From an uncultured Candidatus Rokubacteria bacterium (lineage in GTDB: Bacteria > Methylomirabilota > Methylomirabilia > Rokubacteriales > DASRDR01): a stretch of DNA of 64,000 nt. Under the pieces are notes generated by a model. The model worked only from the letters and a program-made list of their open reading frames with translations, did not search any database and was not told the DNA's origin. A program made the position numbers and the translations under genes. Location: positions 608,001 through 672,000 of the forward strand of contig CAWDVE010000019.1 of NCBI GenBank assembly GCA_963805625.1. Direction: 5' to 3'. This document shows, one piece after another, positions 1 to 8,498 of this stretch (its first letter is position 1; each line of letters starts with the position of its first letter).

Positions 1-492
1 GTTGATGAGGGTAGCCATGACGGGCAGCAGCACGAGCTGCCCGGCCGCCGACCCGGCGGAGACGACGCCGATCGCGAGACCGCGCCGCGCCGTGAACCAG
101 CGGGCGACCGCGACGGCGGCGGCGGGGCCGGCCACGCCGCCGATGCCGAACATGATGAGGACGCCGAAGATCAGGTACGCCTGCCAGAGGGTCACGATCG
201 AGCTGACGGCGACGGTCCCTACGCCGAGGAGGGAGATGCTCGCCGCGAAGATCACTCGGGGCCCCGTGCGGTCGGCCCAGCGCCCTGAGAGGGCCTGGGC
301 CAGTCCGTACACCACGAAGCCGAGTGAGGCGGTCAGGCTCACCGCCGCCCGGTCCCACCCGAACTCGGCCTCCCACGGCTTGACGAGGAGACCGATGGTC
401 CCGCGCACGCCCAGGGCCACGGCCTGCGCGAAGAAGATCACCCCCACCACGGCCCACGCGTATGACGGCTCCCGCTCGCGCCCCTCCGTCAC
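1..492 (-). CDS. MFS transporter (partial, 3' end outside window)
   Basis: Manual translation from GTG at 492 (GGAGG upstream): MTEGREREPSYAWAVVGVIFFAQAVALGVRGTIGLLVKPWEAEFGWDRAAVS...SGRWADRTGPR (MFS motif A); hydrophobic helices. Not in ORF track because no stop is in view. Confidence 0.85.
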   Translation of the reverse strand, partial: MTEGREREPSYAWAVVGVIFFAQAVALGVRGTIGLLVKPWEAEFGWDRAAVSLTASLGFVVYGLAQALSGRWADRTGPRVIFAASISLLGVGTVAVSSIVTLWQAYLIFGVLIMFGIGGVAGPAAAVAVARWFTARRGLAIGVVSAGSAAGQLVLLPVMATLIN

Positions 493-631
493 CGCCGCCT
501 CCTGTCGGGCTTGAACTTCCCTCGTTGAGATGGGCGGTGGGACAGTGAGGATTCCCGGTCGACCCCTCCCGAACTCCGGAGTCCGTCCGCGCCGTGACGC
601 GGGCAGGCCTCTCCGCTATCATCATCGCGCT

Positions 632-883
632 ATGGGGAGCGCCATGGGAGGAGACGCCGAGCGCCACGCCGGCGCGAGGAGGACGGCGCCGACGGGCTCG
701 CACCCGACGCCGCCGGCGCTCGCGGAGCGGATCGCGGCCGATCCGTACGGGCGCTGGCTCGGCATCGAGCTCCTCGACAGTAGCCCCGCGCCCCGTCGAC
801 GAGTGGCGACCTCTGGCGACCTCCGGCGGCCTCCGGGGTCGGTCAGCGCCCGGAGAGCTTCAGCAGCTCCTCTAGGGGCTTGA
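632..883 (+). pseudogene. PaaI-family thioesterase N-terminal stub
   Basis: LAERIAADPYGRWLGIELLD resembles the start of hotdog-fold PaaI proteins; similarity stops near 780 and the frame runs into the convergent LLM gene. Confidence 0.5.
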
Positions 884-1601
884 TGTCGAACGGTTGGGGG
901 GCCCGCAGGATAAAGTGCTGCACGCCGGCGCGGAGCAGATCGTCGATCTGACCGAAGAGATCCGGGCTGATCGAGCAGGTGCGCTCGACGGTCTTCGGGT
1001 CGCGCCCGACCTTCTGGCACCAGTCGGTCAGGATCTCGTTCTTGCGCTGCCAGTTGTCCACTGGCGGGAACGTGTTCCACATGTCCGCGTACTGCGCCGT
1101 GAGCTTGAGCGTCACCTTCTCGCCCCCGCCCCCGATCATGATGGGCACGCTGCCGATCGGCGGCGGCACTAGCTTGGCGAGCCGCGACTTGATCCGCGGC
1201 AGCGCCGCTCCGAGATCCCGCAGGCGGGACGGCGCGGTCCCGAACTCGAACCCGTACTCCTGATAGTCGCGCTCGAACCAGCCGGCGCCGATGCCGAGGA
1301 TGGCACGGCCTCCGCTCATGTGGTCCATGGTGGCGACGTCGCAGGCCAGCAGCTCGGGATTCCGGTAGCTGTTCGCGTGCACGAGCGAGCCGAACCGAGC
1401 GTGCCGTGTCTCGGCCGCGATCGCCGCCAGGAGTGGCATGCAGGAGAAGTGGTTGCCATCCGGCGGCCCGTAGAGGGGGAACATGTGGTCCCAGACCCAG
1501 AGCGTGTCGACGCGGAGCGAGTCCGCCGCCCGGTAGGCCTCGCGAATCTGCTGGACCGTGCAATGCTGGGGATGGATCTGGTAACCGACCCGGAATCGCA
1601 T
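843..1601 (-). CDS. LLM-class (putative F420-dependent) oxidoreductase
   Basis: WVWDHMFP, YRNPELLA, DHMSGGRAILGIGAGW, PIMIGGGGEKVTL motifs. Confidence 0.9.
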   Translation of the reverse strand: MRFRVGYQIHPQHCTVQQIREAYRAADSLRVDTLWVWDHMFPLYGPPDGNHFSCMPLLAAIAAETRHARFGSLVHANSYRNPELLACDVATMDHMSGGRAILGIGAGWFERDYQEYGFEFGTAPSRLRDLGAALPRIKSRLAKLVPPPIGSVPIMIGGGGEKVTLKLTAQYADMWNTFPPVDNWQRKNEILTDWCQKVGRDPKTVERTCSISPDLFGQIDDLLRAGVQHFILRAPQPFDIKPLEELLKLSGR

Positions 1602-1668
1602 CTGCCGACCTTGCCCTCTCTGACGCCGGCGCGGCGTGCCGAAGGTGAAACAGCGGCTGGGGCGGTGG

Positions 1669-2670
1669 TCAGTAGCCCCGTGCCCGGTCCACGAGGTTCA
1701 GGAGGGGCGCGCCCGCCAGATAGCGACGGAGGTTCTCGGCAAACAGCTCGGCGCACCGGTCGTCGTAGCTCGGCAGGAACCCCGACACGTGCGGCGACAG
1801 GATGACGTTGTCGAGATCGTAGAAGGGGTGCCCCGCAGGCGGCGGCTCCGTGGCGAACACGTCGATGGCCGCGCCGGCGATCCGGCGCTCCGTCAGCGCG
1901 TGCGCGAGCGCGCCCTCGTCCACGCTGGCGCCCCGGCCCACGTTGATGAAATACGCGGTGGGCTTCATCGCGGAGATCGTCGCCCGGTCGATGAGGTGCC
2001 GCGTCTCGGCGGTGAGCGGCGCCGAGAGCACGACCACGTCGCAGCGCGGCAGCATGCGCGGCAGCTCGCTCGGGCCGTACCACTCGGCGGGGAGCGTCCC
2101 GTCCGGATCCCCGGTGCCGGGCAGGCCGTACCCGGGATCGGCCCGCGCCCCCGGATCGCGCTTGCAGGCAAGCACGGTCATCCCGAACGCGGATGTCGCG
2201 ATGCGCGCGAGTTCTCGGCCGATGCTCCCGTAGCCGATCACGCCGAGGGTCGCGCCGCGCACCTCGGTCGGCACGAACAGGCCCCAGCGCTCCGCGTCGG
2301 GTGGCCACGCCTTCCGGGCGTGCCACTCGAGCATCCGCGGGACGCGGTGCGCGAGGGCGAGGAGCACCGTGATCGCGTACTCGGCGATCGTGGCCGCGTG
2401 GACTCCGCTCGTCGTCGTGAGCGGAATCGCGGTGTCCCGATAGAGAGGATGGTCCTGGAGCGAGTTGACACCGGCCATGTGGAGCTGCACCCACCGGAGA
2501 TCCGGAGCGCGCGCGAGGTCTCGGGGCGGACTCCCCGTGTACAGGACCTCGGTTCCCCGGTAGTCGGCCGTGGCCGGGTCATCGCGCATCACGGTGAGGC
2601 GCGGCGAGGCCGCCCGGATGCGGTCGAGCTGCGCATCGCTGAACGGCATCGTGACGAGCACGCGGGTCAC
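1669..2670 (-). CDS. D-2-hydroxyacid dehydrogenase
   Basis: GVIGYGSIG Rossmann motif, INVGRG, DVFATEP, SPHVSG catalytic His. Confidence 0.92.
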   Translation of the reverse strand: MTRVLVTMPFSDAQLDRIRAASPRLTVMRDDPATADYRGTEVLYTGSPPRDLARAPDLRWVQLHMAGVNSLQDHPLYRDTAIPLTTTSGVHAATIAEYAITVLLALAHRVPRMLEWHARKAWPPDAERWGLFVPTEVRGATLGVIGYGSIGRELARIATSAFGMTVLACKRDPGARADPGYGLPGTGDPDGTLPAEWYGPSELPRMLPRCDVVVLSAPLTAETRHLIDRATISAMKPTAYFINVGRGASVDEGALAHALTERRIAGAAIDVFATEPPPAGHPFYDLDNVILSPHVSGFLPSYDDRCAELFAENLRRYLAGAPLLNLVDRARGY

Positions 2671-2920
2671 GACGCGCCCCCTGCGCCCGATGCCAGCTCC
2701 GGCCTCGTCACGGTCCGCTCGCGAGTCGAACCGGAGATCGGCGATCTGGTAGAACTCGTCGCCCGGTCCCCTTTGCCACGGTGATCCGGCGGATCCGGGG
2801 CCACTTCTTGACCGTGGGCAAGTGGGTCCCCCAGTAGTAGGCGTCGAAGGCGGCCGGATCGGCCGGCTGCCCGACGTACATCACCGACACCTTCACCAGG
2901 GAGTACCCCTTCGCGGCCAT
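2671..2920 (-). pseudogene. EthD-family protein, frameshifted and truncated
   Basis: VMYVGQPADPAAFDAYYWGTHLP in one frame; GDEFYQIADLRFDSRAD continues in the +1 frame after the G run near 2768-2771. Confidence 0.7.
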
Positions 2921-3085
2921 CCGGCCGCCGCTGGACAGTGTCCGTTCCCCGGGCATCTTACGTCGACTCCGGTCGCTCACGAAGAGGAGGCGGGCGTGTC
3001 GGCTGGAGCGGCGGCCCGAGCGTGGCGGTCCCTGGCTGCGGCATGATGGAGGCGTGTTCGTGATCCGACGCGGAAGGAGAGGCCT

Positions 3086-4582
3086 GTGACGCCACAGGCC
3101 GAAGGCCGTCTGGACGTCCCGGCGATCCGGATCCGCGCGATCGGCGCCGTGCCGGTCCGGGCGGAAGGTGCCTACGTCCTCTACTGGATGACCACGGCCC
3201 GCCGGGTGGGATCGAGCTTTGCCCTCGACCGCGCGGTTGGCTGGGCGCGGGAGCTGGGGAAGCCGCTCCTGATCCTGGAGGCCCTCGGCGTCGGCTATCC
3301 ATGGGCGAGCGACCGCCTGCACCGGTTCGTGCTCGACGGCATGGCGGACAACGCCCGGCGCCTCGCGACGCGCCCCGTCCTCTATCACCCCTACGTCGAG
3401 CCGACGGCTGGCGCGGGACACGGCCTCCTCGACGCCCTCGCGGCGCGCGCGGCGGTTGTGATCACGGACGACTTCCCGTGCTTCTTCCTGCCCCGGATGC
3501 TCGAGACGGTGGGGCGGCGCGTCCCGGTCCGGCTCGAGGCCGTCGACGGCAACGGTCTCCTGCCGATGCGGGCCGCGAGCGAGGTGTTCACGACCGCCCA
3601 TGCCTTCCGCCGGTTCCTCCAGCGGACCCTGCCGGCGCATCTTGGGATTGCGCCCACGGCGGACCCGCTCAGACGCACGGCGCTCCCGCCGGCGCCCGCG
3701 TTGCCGGCGGCCGTGCGCCGTCGCTGGCCTCCGGCCTCGCCCGAGACCCTGGCCGCGACTCCGGCCGCTCTCGCGCGGCTGCCCCTGGACCACACCGTGA
3801 GCGAGGTGCCGACGCGGGGCGGGGCCGGCGCCGGCCGCGCGGCTCTCGCCCGCTTCGTGGCCGAGCGGCTTCCGCGCTACGCCGAGGAGCGCAACGAGCC
3901 CGAGAAGGACGTGGCGAGCGGGCTCTCACCCTATCTTCACTTCGGCCACGTGTCGGTTCACGAGGTTCTGGCCGCGCTCGCCCGCCGCGAGGACTGGGCG
4001 CCGGCGGACGTGGCGCCCCGCGCGACGGGCCGCCGGAGCGGATGGTGGCGGATGAGCCCGACGGCCGAGGCGTTCCTCGACGAGCTGGTCACATGGCGCG
4101 AGATCGGCTTCAACATGTGCTGGCAGCAACCCGGCGACTACGACCGCTACGAGTCGCTGCCCGCCTGGGCGCAGCGGACGCTCGCCCGGCACGGGCGGGA
4201 CCGCCGGCCGCGGGTGTACAGTCTTGCCGACCTCGAAGCCGGGCGGACGCACGATCCCCTCTGGAACGCGGCGCAGATGCAGCTCGTCCGCGAGGGGCGG
4301 CTCCACAACTACCTCCGGATGCTCTGGGGGAAGAAGATCCTGGAGTGGTCGGCGACCCCACGGGATGCGCTCGCGGCGATGATTGAGCTGAACAACAAGT
4401 ACGCGCTCGACGGGCGTGACCCGAATTCGTACACGGGGATCTTCTGGGTGCTCGGCCGCTACGACCGCGGCTGGGGACCGGAGCGGCCGATCTTCGGCAC
4501 GGTGCGCTACATGAGCTCGGAGAACACGGCGCGCAAGGTCCGCGTCCGCGACTACGTCAAGCGGTATGGCCTGACCCCATGA
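3086..4582 (+). CDS. phr: Class II CPD (deoxyribodipyrimidine) photolyase
   Basis: YVLYWM, SGLSPYLHFG, HNYLRMLWGKKILEW, DGRDPNSYTGIFW, RYMS; AAGGAG RBS. Confidence 0.92.
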   Translation: MTPQAEGRLDVPAIRIRAIGAVPVRAEGAYVLYWMTTARRVGSSFALDRAVGWARELGKPLLILEALGVGYPWASDRLHRFVLDGMADNARRLATRPVLYHPYVEPTAGAGHGLLDALAARAAVVITDDFPCFFLPRMLETVGRRVPVRLEAVDGNGLLPMRAASEVFTTAHAFRRFLQRTLPAHLGIAPTADPLRRTALPPAPALPAAVRRRWPPASPETLAATPAALARLPLDHTVSEVPTRGGAGAGRAALARFVAERLPRYAEERNEPEKDVASGLSPYLHFGHVSVHEVLAALARREDWAPADVAPRATGRRSGWWRMSPTAEAFLDELVTWREIGFNMCWQQPGDYDRYESLPAWAQRTLARHGRDRRPRVYSLADLEAGRTHDPLWNAAQMQLVREGRLHNYLRMLWGKKILEWSATPRDALAAMIELNNKYALDGRDPNSYTGIFWVLGRYDRGWGPERPIFGTVRYMSSENTARKVRVRDYVKRYGLTP

Positions 4583-5535
4583 GCGCAGCCATTCCCAGGC
4601 CCGACAGCGCGCCGCGGCTTCGCATCGCCGTCACCGGCGCCACCGGGCTCGTGGGGAGCGCGCTCGTGCCTGCGTTGCGCGCCGCGGGGCACCGGGTCGA
4701 CCGCCTGAGCCGCCGGGTCCCGGAAGCGGGATCGACGGACATCCAGTGGGATCCAGCGCGAGGCCGGCTCGACCCCCGGGCGCTCGAGGGCGTGGACGCG
4801 GTCGTGCACCTCGCGGGGGAGAGCATCGCGGCGCTCCGCTGGACCGGATCGACGAAGGAACGGATCCGGCGGAGCCGCGTGGATGGCACGCGGCTCCTGG
4901 CCGAGACGCTCGGGCGCCTCACGCGGCGGCCCCAGGTTCTCCTGTCGGCGTCTGCCGTCGGTTACTACGGTGACCGGGGCGAGGCGCCGCTCACCGAGGA
5001 GAGCGCTCCGGGCTCGGGCTTCCTTGCCGAGGTCTGCCGCGAGTGGGAAGCGGCGGCCGACCCCGCGCGGGCGGCTGGCATCCGCGTCGTTCACCCCAGG
5101 CTCGGCGTCGTCCTCGCGGGGCAGGGGGGCGCCTTGCCGCGGATGGCCCTCCCGTTCCGGCTCGGCGTCGGCGGTGTGATCGGAAGCGGCCGCCAGTACT
5201 GGAGCTGGATCGAGGTCGGCGACCTCGTGCGGGCCATCGAGCTCTGCCTCGCGCTCGACGCTCTCGCGGGGCCGGTGAACGCCGTCGCGCCCGCTCCGAT
5301 CGCCAACCGCGAGTTCACACGGGTGCTGGGCCGCGTTCTGGGCCGCCCAACTCTCGTGCCTCTGCCGGCGCTCGCGGTCCGGCTCCTCCTCGGCGAGATG
5401 GGCCAGGCGCTGCTGCTGGACAGCGCGCGCGTCCTGCCGCAGCGCCTCGAGCGCGCCGGCTTCCGGTTCCGGCACCCCGGCCTGGAGACCGCGCTCCGCG
5501 CCGCGCTCGCGCGCGAGCGCACGGAAACCGGATGA
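4579..5535 (+). CDS. TIGR01777/YfcH-family NAD-dependent epimerase/oxidoreductase
   Basis: TGATGLVG, HLAGESI, SASAVGYYG, GSGRQYWSWI, GPVNAVAP. Confidence 0.92.
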   Translation: MSAAIPRPDSAPRLRIAVTGATGLVGSALVPALRAAGHRVDRLSRRVPEAGSTDIQWDPARGRLDPRALEGVDAVVHLAGESIAALRWTGSTKERIRRSRVDGTRLLAETLGRLTRRPQVLLSASAVGYYGDRGEAPLTEESAPGSGFLAEVCREWEAAADPARAAGIRVVHPRLGVVLAGQGGALPRMALPFRLGVGGVIGSGRQYWSWIEVGDLVRAIELCLALDALAGPVNAVAPAPIANREFTRVLGRVLGRPTLVPLPALAVRLLLGEMGQALLLDSARVLPQRLERAGFRFRHPGLETALRAALARERTETG

Positions 5536-8498
5536 GGCGGCTCGAGGCGCGGCTCGTCGAGGACGTGCGCGCGCTCCGCGAGCGGGACCCGCGCGGCGCG
5601 CTCCTCCTCGTGGTCCCGAGCCGGCTCCTCGGCGCGCGCCTGAGGGCCCGTCTCGCGCGCGCGCTCGACGGCGTCGCGGGGATCCACGTCGTGACGCTCC
5701 CCGAGTTGGCCGAGCGCGTCGCCTTGCTGCCGCTCGCGCTCGCGGGACGCCAGCCGCTCCCGGCGGTGGCCGACCGGCTCCTCGTCGACCGGGCGATCCG
5801 CGAGGCGGTGCCGCCGGTGGGCGGCTACTTCTCCGGGGTTCTCGCCGCACGAAACTTCCCGGCGGCGGTGCTACGGACCCTCCTCGACGTCAAGCGCGCC
5901 CGGCTCGGGCCCGCGGAGCTCGAGGCGGCGTTCCCCGAGAGCGTGAAGGTCCGGGAGCTCGCGGCCTCCTATCGTGCGCTCGAGACGGCGATCGTGCGGC
6001 ACGGCTACTACGACGCCTCGGACCTGCTCGCCGAGGCCGCGCGCCTCGTCCTCGCCGATCCGGGGCGGCTCGGGGCGGCGGCGGTCCTTGTCTTCGGATT
6101 CGTGGAGCTGAACCCGCTGGAAGGGCGCCTCCTCGACGCGTGCGGCGGGGAGGCGACGGTCCTTCGCTATCCCGCCGGTGCGGACGCGGCGGACCTGCCG
6201 GCGTCTTCCGCCATCGAGATTGTCGCGGCGCCCGGCGAGGAGCGCGAGGTCCGCGAGATCGTCCGCGTGATCCTCGGTCACGTGGAGGTCGGGGGCCGGC
6301 TCGACGAGGTCGGCATCCTTCTCCGCCAGCCGGCGACCTACCTGGCTGCGGTGCGCGACGTCTTCGGCGCGGCCGGCATCCCGTACACCCTGGGGACGGC
6401 GCCGGCCGTCGGCGAGACCCGCGCAGGCCGGAGCCTGCGTCTCCTGGCCGAAGTGCGGCGATCGGACTTCGCCCGTGCGGCGGTGATGGAGTTCCTGGCG
6501 TTCGCCGATCTCAGAATCCGGCCCGGAACGAGCCCCGCGGAGTGGGAGCGGCTGTCGCGCCAGGCCGGGATCGTCGGCGGCGCTCGCGAGTGGCGGGAGC
6601 GGCTCGATCGGCTGGGGCGCCGGCTCGAGCCGGCGCCCGAGACGGATGACGACGACGAGGAGCGCCGGGCGCGGCGGGCGGGCGATCGGGACGCGCTCGG
6701 CGCTCTCCGCCGGGCGGCGCGCGTCCTCCTGCGCGGCCTCTCGCGGCTTCCGGATCCCGCGCCGGTGGAGGCGCTCGTGGACGCCTTCACGCGGACGTTC
6801 CGCCGTCTCGTGGAGACGTCCCCGGAGGCCGAGCTGGCGCTCGGCGCGCTCGCGCGGCTCCGGGAGCTCGGCACGGTGGACGCCGTCGTCCCGCTCGAGG
6901 AGTTCTGGACCCTGCTCGAGGCCGCGCTGGCCGCGCCGTCGGCGAACGGGCCGGAGCCTGGGCCCGGCCGGGTGTTCGTCGGCGAGCTCGGCGTCGCTCT
7001 CGGGGTCGACTTCCCGCTCACCATCGTGCCGGGGCTGGTCGAGGGCGGGTTCCCGGCCGCGCCACGTCAGGACCCCATCCTGCTCGACGCCGAGCGCCGC
7101 CAGCTGACGGGCCTCCCGCTCGCGGAGGAGGCGAGGGGACTCGAGCGAGTGCGTTTCGCGCTGGCCGTCGGATCCGGGGCGCGCCGCGTCGTCCTGACGT
7201 ACCCGCGGATCGACGCGGAGAGCGGGCGCCCGCGCGTCCCGTCGTTCCTCGTGCTGGACCTGCTGGAGTCGGTGACGGGAGAGCGCCACGACTTCGAGAC
7301 CCTCGAGGCCTTCCCCGGCTGGCGGACGGTCCCGCTTCATCCGGCGCCCCCCTCCGCACGCGAGCGGCCGCTCGACGAGCGGGAGTGGCTCGTGACCCGG
7401 GCGCTCGCGGCGCGCGGGGACCCGGAGCCGCTGCTGAGGCATCTACCGGGTGCCCGGCGTGGCCTCGCGGCGATCCGGTCCCGGGAGGGGACGGACGTCC
7501 TCACGGCGTACGACGGACTCCTCGGGCGGGGGGTCGATCTGGGCGTGACGCCGCTGGCGCCGACGGCGCTCGAGCGGTACGCGTCCTGCCCGTTCCGGTT
7601 CCTCCTCGAGCGTGTCTACCGGCTGGAGGCGGTCGAGGAGCCGGATCGCATCCTCATGATCGACCCGAGGGATCGGGGCGACCTGGTCCACGCGGTCCTC
7701 GAGGCGACGTTCCGGCAGCTCGCGGAGAGCGGGGCATTGCCGCTCACACGCGAGCGCCTCCAGGTGGCGCTCGACACGCTCGACGCCGCGTTCGCCGTCG
7801 CGTGCGCCGAGGCCGAGCGCCGGGGTCTGACGGGGCTGCCGGCCCTCTGGGCGGGCGAGCAGGCCCGCCTTCGCGAGGAGCTCCGATCTGCCCTCGAGGC
7901 CGAGGCGGATGACCCGGCGGGCTGGCGGCCGGCTCTCTTCGAGGTGGCCTTCGGCGTCGAGAGGCCAGGCGCGCCAGACGGAACCACCGCCCCGCTCGTC
8001 TACCAGCTCCCGGACGGCAGCGCGCTCGTCCTCCGCGGTCAGATCGACCGCATCGACGTCTCGTCCGACGGGCGGCGCGCGCGCGTCCTCGACTACAAGA
8101 CCGGCAAGCTCCGGTCGCCGCGGACGCCGGACCGCCTCGCAAAGGGCCGGGCGCTCCAGCTTCCGGTCTACCGGCTGGCCGCGGAGGCCTTGCTCGCGGC
8201 GGCCGGACCCACGGCCGTCGAGGAGGCGCAGTACTACCACGTCATCGGGCCCGACGCCGGGACGCGCGTGCGCTTCACCCGCGCCGGCTGGGAGGCACGC
8301 CGCGCCGACTTCGACCGGGTGCTCGCCACGATCGTCGGCGGCATCCGGGCGGGGCGGTTCTTCCAGCGCCCCGGCGCCTGCGCCCGGGGCCCGTGCGCCT
8401 TCGACCTCGCGTGCGGCGCCGAGCGCGGACGATGGGCGGAGGCCAAGCGTGCCGACCCCGCGGTCCTGGCCCACGAGACCCTGGACGCGATCGAATGA
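5532..8498 (+). CDS. addB: AddB-like helicase-nuclease subunit with PD-(D/E)XK domain
   Basis: ATG at 5532 overlaps upstream stop; LERYASCPFRF, RGQIDRID, VLDYKTG, LQLPVY, C-terminal CARGPCAFDLAC. Confidence 0.85.
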   Translation: MRRLEARLVEDVRALRERDPRGALLLVVPSRLLGARLRARLARALDGVAGIHVVTLPELAERVALLPLALAGRQPLPAVADRLLVDRAIREAVPPVGGYFSGVLAARNFPAAVLRTLLDVKRARLGPAELEAAFPESVKVRELAASYRALETAIVRHGYYDASDLLAEAARLVLADPGRLGAAAVLVFGFVELNPLEGRLLDACGGEATVLRYPAGADAADLPASSAIEIVAAPGEEREVREIVRVILGHVEVGGRLDEVGILLRQPATYLAAVRDVFGAAGIPYTLGTAPAVGETRAGRSLRLLAEVRRSDFARAAVMEFLAFADLRIRPGTSPAEWERLSRQAGIVGGAREWRERLDRLGRRLEPAPETDDDDEERRARRAGDRDALGALRRAARVLLRGLSRLPDPAPVEALVDAFTRTFRRLVETSPEAELALGALARLRELGTVDAVVPLEEFWTLLEAALAAPSANGPEPGPGRVFVGELGVALGVDFPLTIVPGLVEGGFPAAPRQDPILLDAERRQLTGLPLAEEARGLERVRFALAVGSGARRVVLTYPRIDAESGRPRVPSFLVLDLLESVTGERHDFETLEAFPGWRTVPLHPAPPSARERPLDEREWLVTRALAARGDPEPLLRHLPGARRGLAAIRSREGTDVLTAYDGLLGRGVDLGVTPLAPTALERYASCPFRFLLERVYRLEAVEEPDRILMIDPRDRGDLVHAVLEATFRQLAESGALPLTRERLQVALDTLDAAFAVACAEAERRGLTGLPALWAGEQARLREELRSALEAEADDPAGWRPALFEVAFGVERPGAPDGTTAPLVYQLPDGSALVLRGQIDRIDVSSDGRRARVLDYKTGKLRSPRTPDRLAKGRALQLPVYRLAAEALLAAAGPTAVEEAQYYHVIGPDAGTRVRFTRAGWEARRADFDRVLATIVGGIRAGRFFQRPGACARGPCAFDLACGAERGRWAEAKRADPAVLAHETLDAIE

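Noticed and set aside
2765-2776. Programmed -1 frameshift at A AAG GGG
   Set aside because: The EthD-like continuation is in the +1 frame, not -1.
7540-8498. Cas4 or a defence nuclease
   Set aside because: The PD-(D/E)XK/Fe-S domain is the C-terminus of a roughly 990-aa protein coupled to a UvrD helicase, which is AddAB architecture.
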